Source: Patescibacteria group bacterium (GTDB lineage Bacteria; Patescibacteriota; WWE3; UBA101185; UBA10185). Taken from it: a stretch of 64,000 nt of DNA. The translations under genes and the position numbers were made by a program. Position 1 is the stretch's first letter; each line of letters opens with the position of its first letter. Below the pieces are notes generated by a model. It had not been told where the DNA came from and did not search any database. It saw nothing but the letters and a program-made list of their open reading frames with translations. Below, piece after piece: positions 45,514 through 55,738 of this stretch. Location: the NCBI GenBank assembly GCA_018825365.1, contig JAHJEV010000003.1, positions 108,670 through 172,669 of the forward strand, read 5' to 3'.

Positions 45514-45699
45514 CTACTTAAGCTTTTGAACTTCTTTGTGAAGTGTGTGTTTTCTCAGCTTTGGGTTGTATTTTTTCAATTCAATCTTTTCCGTGCTATT
45601 AACACGATTTTTCTCGGTTATGTAGGAACGCATACCGGTTTCGGTGCATTCCATAGCTATTAATATTCGATTACCTTTCTTTTTTGCCACGTATTGCAA
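45514..45699 (-). CDS. rpmG: 50S ribosomal protein L33
   Basis: AKKKGNRILIAMECTETG...KYNPKLRKHTLHKE is the bL33 zinc-ribbon consensus. Confidence 0.85.
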   Translation of the reverse strand: MQYVAKKKGNRILIAMECTETGMRSYITEKNRVNSTEKIELKKYNPKLRKHTLHKEVQKLK

Positions 45700-45734
45700 T
45701 ATATTATAAAATCAACTAAATTTCAACTATCTTT

Positions 45735-48176
45735 ATGGAAAGCTACGATCACTCAAAAATAGAAGAAAAATGGAAAGATAAGTGGTTTGAAGATAATGTT
45801 TATGAAGCAATAGACTTTTCCGACAAGCCCAAAAAATACATCCTTGCTGAATTTCCATATCCATCGGGCAAGGCCTTACACGTCGGACATGCGATGAGGT
45901 ACACCGTACCTGATGTTTACTCAAGATTTTTAAGAATGAATGGATATAACGTCATGTTTCCGATGGGTTGGGATGCGTTCGGACTTCCAGCCGAAAATTA
46001 CGCAATAAAAACCGGCGGACATCCTTCAAAGATCAATACTGACATTATCCCGCACTACAAAGATTGCATGATGAGAATGGGCTATGGAGTTGATTGGAAC
46101 CGTGAAATAAACACCACGGACCCAAATTATTACAAGTGGACGCAGTGGTTGTTTTTGAAGTTTTTTGAACAAGGTCTCGCGCAATACAAGGAAACCCCTG
46201 TTTGGTGGTGTGAGAAATTAAAGACAGTTTTAGCCGATGAGGAAGTACTAAACGATAAAGACGGAAATAAAATATCAGAAAGAGATGGAAATCCCGTTGA
46301 AAAGAAAATGCTCAAGCAGTGGGTTCTAAAAATACCTCAGTATGCTGAAAAACTACTGCGGGGATTAAAGGACTTGGATTTTCCTGAAGCTATAAAGATT
46401 GCACAAACAAATTGGATAGGAAAAAGCGAAGGTGCTGAGATTGATTTTGAAATAGAAGGAGAAAAGGTGAGTATTTTCACAACAAGACCAGACACTATTT
46501 ATGGGATTACCTTTATGGGAATTGCTCCGGAAAATCCTTTAATAACTAAGATTTTTGAGCATATTAAAAACAAGGATGCGGTTTCTGAATATATAAATAA
46601 ATCAAAAAATAAATCTGATCTTGAAAAACAAATGTTAAAAGAAAAAACCGGGGTTGAACTTAAAGGAATTACCGCAAAATGCTTACTTATTGGTAGGGAA
46701 GTTCCGATTTACGTTGCCGACTATGTTTTGATGGATTATGGAACCGGAGTTGTTATGGCAGTTCCGGCACACGATGAAAGAGACTTCAGCTTTGCTAAAA
46801 AGTATGGGATTGAAATTATTAAAGTTATTGAAGGAAATGATAAAAAAACAGATTTGTATATAGGTGAGGGAATAATGATAAACAGTGATAAATACAATGG
46901 CATGAAATCAGAAGACTTCAAACTAAAAATAGTTGAAGATTTAGAGCGGGAGGGTGTTGGGAAGAAGGCTGTAAGTTACAAAATCAGAGACTGGGTATTC
47001 TCAAGACAGAGGTATTGGGGTGAGCCATTTCCACTATTACATCTTGAAGATGGTTCTGTAGTGGCAATCTGCGACACAAATAACCCCAAGCAAGTAAAAG
47101 AGATGCTTCCCGTTACGTTACCAGATGTTCCCGATTACTCACCTACTTCTGACGGATCTTCGCCCTTAGATAAAAATAAAGAGTGGGTAAATATTGAATT
47201 TAAAGGTAGAAAAGCAAAAAGAGAGACCGATACAATGCCTAATTGGGCCGGATCTTGTTGGTACTACCTTAGATACTGCGATCCAAAAAATGACGAGACA
47301 TTTGCAGATATGGAAAAACTTAAATACTGGTTGCCTGTTGATAAGTATTTTGGAGGTGCGGAACATACAACGATGCACCTACTCTACTCACGTTTCTGGC
47401 ATAAGTTCTTATATGATCAAAAACTTGTTCCGACCGAAGAACCCTATCAATGGAGGTTAAACGGCGGGCTTTTACTGGGAGCAGATGGAAGAAAAATGTC
47501 CAAGTCCTACGGAAATACGGTAGAACCTATGGAGTATGTAGATCAATATGGTGCGGACTCAACAAGAATGAGCATTTGCTTTTTAGGGCCGTATGAAGAC
47601 ACATATCCTTGGAATACAAACAGCATTAAGGCTGTTCGTAAATTGATCTCAAATGTTTACCAGATGAAAAACAAGATTACTAACGACCCCGCATCGAAGG
47701 AAATTACAAAAGCGTACAACTTAATGCTTAAAAATGCTACGAGTATGATTGAAGCGCTGAAAATGAATACTTGCATAAGTGAGTTTATGATTTTTATTAA
47801 TATTCTTAAAAAAGAAACGAAAATAAATAAGGAAATTTACAAAGGCTTTATAAAAGCATTCGCTCCGTTCGCACCTTTCGCTTCTGAAGATATTTGGCAG
47901 GAAATTAATGGCTATAGAAAGTGGAAAAAGGAAAACAGTGTGCACTTACAGCAGTGGCCAAAATTCGATATAAACGTGCTAGAAGAAGACACAGTTTTAA
48001 TACCGGTTCAAATAAACGGCAGGGTTAAAGCAGAAATTGAAATTACAAGGGATGCTGATGAAAATGGAGCCAAAAAAACCGCTTTAAACAACGAGAAAAT
48101 AAAGGGTCTAATCGGGGATAAAAAGCTACTTAGTGTTATTTATGTAAAAAATAGAATTATTAATTTACTTCTTTGA
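45735..48176 (+). CDS. leuS: leucine--tRNA ligase
   Basis: HIGH-type motif (PYPSGKALHVGH), KMSKS, the editing domain, and a typical N-terminus IEEKWKDKW. Confidence 0.9.
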   Translation: MESYDHSKIEEKWKDKWFEDNVYEAIDFSDKPKKYILAEFPYPSGKALHVGHAMRYTVPDVYSRFLRMNGYNVMFPMGWDAFGLPAENYAIKTGGHPSKINTDIIPHYKDCMMRMGYGVDWNREINTTDPNYYKWTQWLFLKFFEQGLAQYKETPVWWCEKLKTVLADEEVLNDKDGNKISERDGNPVEKKMLKQWVLKIPQYAEKLLRGLKDLDFPEAIKIAQTNWIGKSEGAEIDFEIEGEKVSIFTTRPDTIYGITFMGIAPENPLITKIFEHIKNKDAVSEYINKSKNKSDLEKQMLKEKTGVELKGITAKCLLIGREVPIYVADYVLMDYGTGVVMAVPAHDERDFSFAKKYGIEIIKVIEGNDKKTDLYIGEGIMINSDKYNGMKSEDFKLKIVEDLEREGVGKKAVSYKIRDWVFSRQRYWGEPFPLLHLEDGSVVAICDTNNPKQVKEMLPVTLPDVPDYSPTSDGSSPLDKNKEWVNIEFKGRKAKRETDTMPNWAGSCWYYLRYCDPKNDETFADMEKLKYWLPVDKYFGGAEHTTMHLLYSRFWHKFLYDQKLVPTEEPYQWRLNGGLLLGADGRKMSKSYGNTVEPMEYVDQYGADSTRMSICFLGPYEDTYPWNTNSIKAVRKLISNVYQMKNKITNDPASKEITKAYNLMLKNATSMIEALKMNTCISEFMIFINILKKETKINKEIYKGFIKAFAPFAPFASEDIWQEINGYRKWKKENSVHLQQWPKFDINVLEEDTVLIPVQINGRVKAEIEITRDADENGAKKTALNNEKIKGLIGDKKLLSVIYVKNRIINLLL

Positions 48177-48201
48177 CATTTTCAGAATAACAAATTAAAA
48201 T
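48173..48201 (+). promoter_or_regulatory. consensus sigma70-type promoter for the downstream ncRNA candidate
   Basis: -35 TTGACA (48173-48178), a 17-nt spacer, and -10 TAAAAT (48196-48201). It overlaps the leuS stop. Confidence 0.5.
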
Positions 48202-48208
48202 ACTACTA

Positions 48209-48418
48209 GGTCTAATCGGGAGACTGAAGTTGGCTCGTTCGTGGATCGTTCGTGGAATGTCTGACAAGCTCGTAGATGGATGTTCGTAACTTGTTCAGTC
48301 CCGATGTTTAAACGGTGTCACACCGCACACGTTAAACCTGAGCAAATCATCTAAATCGGTGTTGCTTAAAGGGCTGTGCGGTTGTCTCCTCTTACAACTT
48401 CTCAGCCCGATTTTTTTT
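48209..48418 (+). ncRNA. candidate structured ncRNA of about 210 nt (function unknown)
   Basis: Locally elevated GC. Long-range complementary pairs (atcgggagactgaa/ttcagtcccgat, caccgcacac/tgtgcggttg). It ends in a strong intrinsic terminator and is bounded by convergent genes. Confidence 0.45.
48371..48418 (+). terminator. intrinsic terminator
   Basis: gggctg-tgc-ggttgt-[ctcctctt]-acaact-tct-cagccc followed by T8. Confidence 0.65.
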
Positions 48419-48428
48419 AAAGATGTAG

Positions 48429-49169
48429 CTATTTCAATCTAAAGGTTACGGTAACCGTTTTTGAAACTGTTGTGGACCCCGTCTCAATTGGGAGACCCCC
48501 GCCTCCCCCACCGAAACCTTTTAAATCACCGTACGCTACCGACCCGTTGTAATTAGAACCCTCAACTATACTAATGACCTCCCCCAATTTCTTTCCGCCT
48601 GCTTTGGCGATCTTTTCAGCTTTAGTTTTGGCATCAACTATGGCTTTGACTAAAATAGAAGCCTCGTCAACTTGGGTCTGATCTATAGTGAGATTTGGAC
48701 CGTACATTGTCGTTTTTTCAAACTTAACTAACAACGCTGTAAGTGCATCGGATTTAGTTAAATCCCTTAAAGTTATTGAGATTGAATAATTCGCATGCCA
48801 ATCACCCGGTTTATAAACTGTAGTACCCTTTTCATAGTAAGGATCCTGGTTTTGATAGATATTCATATTTTGAGTAAGAATATCCTTATCCGGAATACCA
48901 AAATTTGACAGTGCACCAGCAATTTCGTTGGCCCTTGCAGCTGCTTCGTCTACGGCCAACTGCTTGTCCTTATTCTGAATATCCACACTAACACTAAAGG
49001 TAGCTATCTGGTTGGAAACTTGAGATTGCGCCGAGCCTATAACAGTTATTGTTTTTACGGTCTTACATTTATAGAAAAGGTAGTATACAATGCACAAAAC
49101 TAGAAGTGATGTGGCCAAAAAAATAACTAAACGTATATGTCTTCTACACAGGGCTATGATTTTTTCCAT
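48429..49169 (-). CDS. SIMPL/DUF541 (YggE-like) periplasmic protein
   Basis: N-terminal TM/signal helix, a two-lobed DUF541-like pattern, and a Gly-rich C-terminus GFGGGGGGLPIE. Confidence 0.55.
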   Translation of the reverse strand: MEKIIALCRRHIRLVIFLATSLLVLCIVYYLFYKCKTVKTITVIGSAQSQVSNQIATFSVSVDIQNKDKQLAVDEAAARANEIAGALSNFGIPDKDILTQNMNIYQNQDPYYEKGTTVYKPGDWHANYSISITLRDLTKSDALTALLVKFEKTTMYGPNLTIDQTQVDEASILVKAIVDAKTKAEKIAKAGGKKLGEVISIVEGSNYNGSVAYGDLKGFGGGGGGLPIETGSTTVSKTVTVTFRLK

Positions 49170-49185
49170 GTGATAATATTATCAC

Positions 49186-49698
49186 ATGTCAGGGGTTCAA
49201 TTTATTGTGTTTATCCGAGGCTTACCCGGAGCGGGAAAGTCTACCATCTCCAACAAAATATGCAACATTACTGGCTACGTACGTATAGATCCTGACTTAA
49301 TACCAGATAAATACAATATTTCGCTGCATAAAGAGAGGATGAGAAAATACAAAATTTGCCTCAATGAAGCTATAAAGTCTATTAGAAATGGTCTTTCAAT
49401 AGTATGGGCTCAACCTTGGAGAAAAATCAAAAATATCCAGCTTACAATTAACCGCATAAATAACCTTAACGTTAAACCTATATTAGTTAATATAAATATC
49501 CCAGTCGAGGAATCGTGGAATCGTAGCAAAAATAGATTTTATAACAATAGACAAGATTTTGATAATTACATATCCAAGTTTGCTGTTTTTGATAATAATT
49601 TTAAAATCGATTCCGTTGATATTGAGGGTACTGAAGACATCAACACAAATGTAGACAGAATAACGAAATTCTTAAGGAATAATGTGCCAGATGAATAA
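49186..49698 (+). CDS. P-loop NTPase (AAA_33/zeta-toxin-like small kinase)
   Basis: Walker A GLPGAGKST at the N-terminus. 170 aa. Confidence 0.5.
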   Translation: MSGVQFIVFIRGLPGAGKSTISNKICNITGYVRIDPDLIPDKYNISLHKERMRKYKICLNEAIKSIRNGLSIVWAQPWRKIKNIQLTINRINNLNVKPILVNINIPVEESWNRSKNRFYNNRQDFDNYISKFAVFDNNFKIDSVDIEGTEDINTNVDRITKFLRNNVPDE

Positions 49699-50455
49699 AA
49701 TTAACATTAAAACCCAAGATGAAATCGAAATAATGAGAAAAGCCGGAAAACTTCTTTCGGATATATTAAACGGTCTGAAATTAATGATAAAACCAGGATT
49801 AAATATCTGGGACTTAGAAGAACGATTCATAGCTTTTTGCAGTGAGAAAAACGTATCACCAGCTTGTAAGAATTACGCACCTAAAGGATATCTACCCTTT
49901 CCAACGGGACTTTGCATTAGCATAAATAGTCAGTCGGTACATTGTTTTCCAAGAAAAAACACAATTCTAAAAGATGGGGATATAGTTAACGTAGATACCG
50001 TAATAACTTTATCAGGTTTAAACGTAGACTCCGCGTTTTGTACTTGCGCTGGGGTACCAACTGGTATGGCAGAAAAACTAATGAAAACCGCCAAAGAGGC
50101 GTTGTGCAGAGCTACAAACGAGGTAAAAGAAGGTATTAAAATCGGAGTGCTCTCGCAGACCCTACAAAAAACGGTAGAACAGGCAGGGTTTAACGTTTTA
50201 AGGGATTACGCGGGTCATGGAATCGGGTATCACATGCACGAAGAACCGGAAATACCTTGTTTTGGAGGTAAGCACGAGGGCCCAAAACTCAAAAATGGCA
50301 TGACTATTTGCATCGAAGCACTCACCTGCTCCGGTAGCGCTAGAGTTGAAAATCTAAATCCCTGGGAGACAAAAATGGCCGATAACGGGCTGTTTTGTAT
50401 TTTTGAGCACACAGTACTTGTTACAAAAAAGGGATACGAAATCTTAACTGAGTAG
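49682..50455 (+). CDS. map: type I methionine aminopeptidase
   Basis: MetAP metal ligands and the pita-bread fold (…DGDIVNVD…, HGIGYHMHEEP). The real start is probably MNKINIK. Confidence 0.85.
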   Translation: MCQMNKINIKTQDEIEIMRKAGKLLSDILNGLKLMIKPGLNIWDLEERFIAFCSEKNVSPACKNYAPKGYLPFPTGLCISINSQSVHCFPRKNTILKDGDIVNVDTVITLSGLNVDSAFCTCAGVPTGMAEKLMKTAKEALCRATNEVKEGIKIGVLSQTLQKTVEQAGFNVLRDYAGHGIGYHMHEEPEIPCFGGKHEGPKLKNGMTICIEALTCSGSARVENLNPWETKMADNGLFCIFEHTVLVTKKGYEILTE

Positions 50456-51883
50456 CTAGTTAGTGTTGATCCTTTTCCAATTTGCAAAATCCAAAAACCT
50501 ATCCCAGTAAGTAAATGTATATTTCTGACCTACCCCGGAAATTCTTTTGGATACGTAGTAATGTTCAATGGGGTGGTAAAGGAAAATTACCGGAACTTGT
50601 TCATTAATAACTCTCTGAAATTCGTTGTAGTGAACAGCTCTGGTTTCGTTATCAAGTTCATTTCTACCCTCCTCTAAAGCCCTATCGCTTCTCATATGGC
50701 TAAATCCCGAAAGATTAAGTCCCGGCGCGTTGCTTTGGACTGAGTGCCACAAAACATACCTATCCGGATCCCTTCCAACTTCCTGCCCATAAAATAGTAT
50801 CTCAAAATCTCTAGGAATTATTACCTTGTTTACAAAATCTTCTGCAGATTCTTTGACAACGATAACCTTAATACCAAGCTTATCCTCCCAAATATCTTTT
50901 ATCTGCTCAACAAATCTGACGTGGCTTTTATCATTCGGAACTTTTATTTCCACAACGGTGTCTGCAATTGAACCAGAAACCGTTTTGTCATATTTATCAA
51001 ATTGTAAAGCTCTGTCGGTGAAAACACTTCTGCTTATTGGACCTTGTACAGCAATTCCCCTGTCCAAAATTATATCTGTGATAGGAAGCACTGCCTCAAG
51101 TTTTTTCCTAAACTCAACATCCTTAAATTTCTCATTTCTTAAATTAAAGTAAAGCGAATAGTAGATTCCCTGAATTGGGAATTTGTAATCAGTAAAATTT
51201 TCAAGATTGGAACAACAGTTCGAGTCAGACATAAACCCCTCGATTTCTCCAAGTTTAGCGGCTGTTTCTAACTCGTTCTCATTAGGATAAAACTTAAAAA
51301 CTATTTTTTTGATCGCATAGTCGTTTTTTGTTGTAACTAAAACGACCCCATTGATGAAAGCTCCTTTCTTTTCAACCCTCGCTACCCTAAAATCTGCGCT
51401 TGAGACAGGAATTAAATGATTCATTTTCTCTTCCGCACCCTCAGGAAGTACATCAACAGTTAATAAACTCAAAAATGGTGCGTATTTATTAGGAAGTGTG
51501 TATCTAACGGTAAGATCATCGATCTTGTCTGTTGCAACACCAGAAAGATCCACAGACTTGTATGAAGTATAAATAAGATCATTTGCGATTATTTTCTTTC
51601 CATTTGTCCAGTATTGGTTATCCTTAAGTTTTATAGTGTATGTAAGACCATCCTCAGAAACTGTCCAAGTATCTGCAAGGTCAGGGACGGTTGCACCATA
51701 GATATCGTATTTAAAAAGTCCTCTGAAAATAAGGTTGGAAACAGATTTTTCTATCTCATTTTGAGCTTGGGTGGGAAGAAATGATTGGGGTTGCCCAACA
51801 ACACCTTCCACATATTTGGACGTTGGTATAACGGCAAGCAGAAACGAATAAACATAAAGTACTATTTGTTGAAAGATATTCAT
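50456..51883 (-). CDS. ABC transporter substrate-binding protein, family 5 (peptide/nickel type), apparently orphan
   Basis: SBP_bac_5-like N-terminal region (LADTWTVSEDGLTYTIKLKDNQYW) with a signal/anchor helix. No permease or ATPase genes are adjacent. Confidence 0.55.
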   Translation of the reverse strand: MNIFQQIVLYVYSFLLAVIPTSKYVEGVVGQPQSFLPTQAQNEIEKSVSNLIFRGLFKYDIYGATVPDLADTWTVSEDGLTYTIKLKDNQYWTNGKKIIANDLIYTSYKSVDLSGVATDKIDDLTVRYTLPNKYAPFLSLLTVDVLPEGAEEKMNHLIPVSSADFRVARVEKKGAFINGVVLVTTKNDYAIKKIVFKFYPNENELETAAKLGEIEGFMSDSNCCSNLENFTDYKFPIQGIYYSLYFNLRNEKFKDVEFRKKLEAVLPITDIILDRGIAVQGPISRSVFTDRALQFDKYDKTVSGSIADTVVEIKVPNDKSHVRFVEQIKDIWEDKLGIKVIVVKESAEDFVNKVIIPRDFEILFYGQEVGRDPDRYVLWHSVQSNAPGLNLSGFSHMRSDRALEEGRNELDNETRAVHYNEFQRVINEQVPVIFLYHPIEHYYVSKRISGVGQKYTFTYWDRFLDFANWKRINTN

Positions 51884-51995
51884 AATACAAGTTAGATTTT
51901 ACCAAAAATGACGAGGTATTTCTGTACGCAGGGCCAGGATGAAATTTATCCGATTTGGCGTATAATACCTTACAGCTGCCCAAACTACTATTAAC

Positions 51996-53075
51996 ATGTC
52001 TAAAATCAGTGATCTATTTACTAATAACAACTGGTCGCCACAAACAAAAGACCGAGTTTTCAAGGTTTTAAGGTGGTTTGTTGCTATTATTGGCTTACTT
52101 GTTGTTATATCGATACTTTCACCAACAGCACTAAACATACTCTTAAATATACTTAGAGTTATAAGTATTGGAATAGTAAGTATTTTCTTTGTCCTGGGAA
52201 TACTTGTAGTAATCGGTTTAAGAAAAGAGGCTACCAGAATTTTGGATATTTTGCTTGAGGGGTCGCTTAGCTTTATAGATGTTGTTGAATTTTTGAAAAT
52301 TCTTTACCACAGATTTCTGGAAATGTTGAAGGAGTTTTTGATCTATATTACGCCAATTCTTGCCTACATAACCGCGGGGGTTATTTATATTCTTCTTCTT
52401 GTTATCTACAAGACCATAGGAAGAAGTTACGACGTGACTTTGTTCACCATACTTATAACAATTATATTGGTGGCTTCCGTCGCTTTACTAAATAGAAACA
52501 AAAATCAAGACGAACCGGCTACCACGTATACAAAAAGAGTTGCCATAATATATAAGAGGTACTTTATAGATAGTTTTGAAATTGTTCTATTGCTTTTCTT
52601 CCTAACTATAGACAGCACTCGCCTCTTTTTCCTTCCTGATAGCTTAAATGTAAAAATACTATCTAAATTTGATGGCTATGACTTAATGACCAGGGCATTT
52701 ACTACAACCCATCTAAACTGGACCATAAATATAGTTACGGTTGCGATAGTAAGTGAAATTATAAGATACTCGATGAGAATCACCGCTTTGGCAAAGCGAT
52801 ACTACGCATCCATTTTGGAGCCAAGGAGAATCGTCAGAATAAAAATTGCTGTCAGAATGGCTTTTGGGAATGCGAAAGATGATATTGTAAGGTTTATAAC
52901 ATTCACAACTGTGTTGTTTTCTGTTTTCTTGATATTCCCAAGATTAAAGCTTCTATCCTTAGCTGTAACGAGTTTAACGAACCTGGCAATTGACTTGCTA
53001 ATCCCAGAGAGACTTGTAATCTCACGGGGCAAGGACTTAATAAACAGGGTAATTAACAAGATTTTTAAACTTTAA
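51996..53075 (+). CDS. hypothetical polytopic membrane protein
   Basis: 359 aa with multiple TM helices. No recognisable domain. Confidence 0.4.
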   Translation: MSKISDLFTNNNWSPQTKDRVFKVLRWFVAIIGLLVVISILSPTALNILLNILRVISIGIVSIFFVLGILVVIGLRKEATRILDILLEGSLSFIDVVEFLKILYHRFLEMLKEFLIYITPILAYITAGVIYILLLVIYKTIGRSYDVTLFTILITIILVASVALLNRNKNQDEPATTYTKRVAIIYKRYFIDSFEIVLLLFFLTIDSTRLFFLPDSLNVKILSKFDGYDLMTRAFTTTHLNWTINIVTVAIVSEIIRYSMRITALAKRYYASILEPRRIVRIKIAVRMAFGNAKDDIVRFITFTTVLFSVFLIFPRLKLLSLAVTSLTNLAIDLLIPERLVISRGKDLINRVINKIFKL

Positions 53076-53155
53076 CTTTCAGTTGTATCTTTAGTTAAAA
53101 TTTTCCAAATGTTGTCAAATTACTGGTATATTGATAGTATATCTTGTTATTTTAC

Positions 53156-53230
53156 GGCCCCATCGTCTAATGGTTAGGACGTCGGGTTTTCATCCCGGCA
53201 ACCGGAGTTCGATTCTCCGTGGGGTCACCA
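53156..53230 (+). tRNA. tRNA-Glu (anticodon TTC)
   Basis: Acceptor ggcccca/tggggtc, Glu-type D loop TAATGGTTAGGAC, anticodon stem tcggg/cccgg with loop TTTTCAT, A73 and CCA. Confidence 0.85.
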
Positions 53231-53488
53231 ACTCGCTTTTACTCAAATTCTGATTTATAGAAAGCTCGAAGATTGGGGTTAATTCAGGTGTTCCACTAAT
53301 TAATTCTTTGTAGGTCGGGAAAATCTTAAAAAACGCTTTCAATCTAGAACCCTTTTCTATTGGATTTCGCACCTCTGAAAGGAATTTCGATAGGTGTTCC
53401 ATAATCCTATCTAGATGATTTATAACCTGCTTAAAACTATCATCTGAAAGCTCCTGAGAGGCCCTACGCTCCTTTAATAAGGCAATGT

Positions 53489-54482
53489 CTATATCGATAT
53501 CTTCATATTTACTTTCAAGTGCTTTTCTAACGCTATCTGAGGAAGTTTTGTGGTTATCTCGTAGTATTTTCGTGAATTACTGTCGTAACTATTTTCTGAA
53601 AAGGAGTTGACAAAGATTGTAAACGGAGATAATGTGTAGGAGCTGAAACTGGAGAGTGAGCCTTGCGCCGCTGGCCAGTTTTTTGCGTTTAGCATATAAT
53701 TTTCAGACCTTCTATCTTTTTGTAAAGCCTAGACTTCTCAGCATTTTTTACGCCAGTTGGAAAAACAAATAGCTTACTTTTCGCACAACCCCTAATCATT
53801 TTTTGATAGGTGTTCATTGAGCTTATCTTTTTGTCTCTCTTTAAATGTAGAACTTCCATCCTTAAACCGTATGCCAACAAGTCACTTACTTGAGATATTG
53901 TATCAACATTCCTCTTAGTTAAAAATGAAACACCAGTTAGATGATTTTTAACATCTTGGTGCGTAATAGAATCAGTAGGAATACCACTCGACTGATAATT
54001 AAAAAACTGTTGATAGATATTTAGGTCTTGGATAGGAGTGGAAGCTTCCTGAACTATCTGACCTTTTTCATTTTTTGCTATGAGCACTCTGATGTAATTC
54101 TCAATTATTTCCTTATAGGCTCTATTATCACAGTCCTTTGGTCCCAGTTATTCCTAAAAGCAACCTGTTGGTCTACAGCAACCGACAATAAATACATTGG
54201 ACAGTGCCTGAAAAAATCAGCTAAATTTTGAGTGAAACTCTTAAATAAGGAAATATTGTTTTTAAATATTTCGAATTCCTTCTCTTTTCTCCCTATAAGT
54301 TTTGAGTGCAGAATAATTTCAGTAGTATCCCAAAACTTGAATTTTATATGGTCGAGGTTGTTCATCAGGTCTCTTTTGTTGTCATCATTCATAACACACC
54401 CAGTTAATATAAAATAAGATGAGTTTTTATATCTCTTCGGAGACGACTCTCCAAGTTCATCAATGTACATTGTTAGACTCAT
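53489..54482 (-). pseudogene. DUF3800-like gene broken into 3 or more frames (fragments 54105..54482, 53689..54087, 53489..53695)
   Basis: The N-terminal fragment starts MSLTMYIDELGESS...YFILTGCVM, which resembles the [FY]IDESG N-terminal motif of DUF3800. Successive fragments are in different frames. It lies immediately downstream of tRNA-Glu. Confidence 0.45.
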
Positions 54483-54641
54483 AGGTGCATTCTACCACTG
54501 GAGCACATCGTATGTGATTGTAGTTCGATACACGGATGGGTAATTCGTCTTCAGTTAGTCTTGTCTGAAATACAAGGTTTAAAGAGTGTTTATATGTCGG
54601 GGGCGTAAACCCCAACCAATTCAAAAGCTGATGATATAAAG

Positions 54642-55274
54642 GTGTTCCACTTTTGGTACAATAAGGTCACCAAAAACATGACTTTCGACAGACAAAAATA
54701 CTACGATGCGGCAAAGAATCAGTTGGAACCCGGAATATTCAAGCATTCCCTGGCACTTGAGAGTTGTATGTGTGGATTATATGACTACCTCAAAGCCAAT
54801 AATCTACTAACCCCACAAGACCCGTCAAAAGAGGACTGGGCGCTGGCAGGACTTATACACGACATAGACTTTTCTGGTGAATTTAAAGAGCAACATCCAT
54901 CTAAAACCAGAGAGGCACTTTCATTGTATGGGCTGGAAATATCCGATACGGTATATAACATCGTGCAGGCACACGCCGTTGGATCTACTGGTGTAAATTT
55001 TAAGAACAAGGCAGAATGGGCAATTTTTTGCGCTGACTCTCTAACCGGACTAATAATGGCAGTAGCTTATGTATACCCAAGCAGAAAGTTAGCTGATGTT
55101 AAAGTATCTTCAGTTTTGAAACGTTTTTTAAAAGAACCAAGATTCGCTGCCGGGACAAGACGTGATGAAGTTTCCATGTGTAGCAACCCCCAAGGTTTAA
55201 ATCTACCACTAGAGAAATTTATTGAAATTTGCTTAACCTCGATGCAGTCTATTGCGGGCGAGCTAGGTTTGTAA
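54642..55274 (+). CDS. HD domain phosphohydrolase
   Basis: H...HD metal motif (HSLALESC ... LAGLIHDIDF). The real start is probably MTFDRQKYY. Confidence 0.6.
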   Translation: MFHFWYNKVTKNMTFDRQKYYDAAKNQLEPGIFKHSLALESCMCGLYDYLKANNLLTPQDPSKEDWALAGLIHDIDFSGEFKEQHPSKTREALSLYGLEISDTVYNIVQAHAVGSTGVNFKNKAEWAIFCADSLTGLIMAVAYVYPSRKLADVKVSSVLKRFLKEPRFAAGTRRDEVSMCSNPQGLNLPLEKFIEICLTSMQSIAGELGL

Positions 55275-55318
55275 ACACCAAAACCCCTGTACTGAATTAA
55301 AATGCTAAAATATACAAA

Positions 55319-55735
55319 ATGAACATATTTATTGGCTACAAATATAAAAACAATAAAAATAAGGACACACTACAAAATAACTTAGAGAAAATATCCAATA
55401 AACTGGAAGAAGCATGCCACAAGTGTTTTGTTTTGGGCAGGGATGTGCATGGCTGGCATATAAACCACATCTCAACATCAAAAAGTATTTCCCCGATAAT
55501 TTCAAATATTAGAAAATCTGACCTTTTATTCGCATTTATTGATCATCCCGGCGAAAGCCTGGGACTGAGATTTGAAACACTTTGTGCAAAGGTACTGGGA
55601 AAGAAAATCATCATAGCCATTAAACGAAATCTTTCGGAAAAATTCTTTAGAAAATTGGCAACTGATACACTAGAATTTGAAAATATCGATGATTTAATTG
55701 CTAAAATTCCTAATTATTTTCAAAATCTAGATTAA
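55319..55735 (+). CDS. nucleoside 2-deoxyribosyltransferase-like / DNPH1(Rcl)-like protein (paralog of 5507..5938)
   Basis: HPGESLGLRFETLCAKVLGKKIIIAIK has the same signature and length as the 5507 gene. It lies directly upstream of tmk. Confidence 0.5.
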   Translation: MNIFIGYKYKNNKNKDTLQNNLEKISNKLEEACHKCFVLGRDVHGWHINHISTSKSISPIISNIRKSDLLFAFIDHPGESLGLRFETLCAKVLGKKIIIAIKRNLSEKFFRKLATDTLEFENIDDLIAKIPNYFQNLD

Positions 55736-55738
55736 TAA

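Noticed and set aside
53190-53402. A 70-aa ORF on the minus strand.
   Set aside because: Its C-terminal codons are the reverse complement of tRNA-Glu. It was treated as the tail of the decayed DUF3800-like pseudogene rather than an independent gene.
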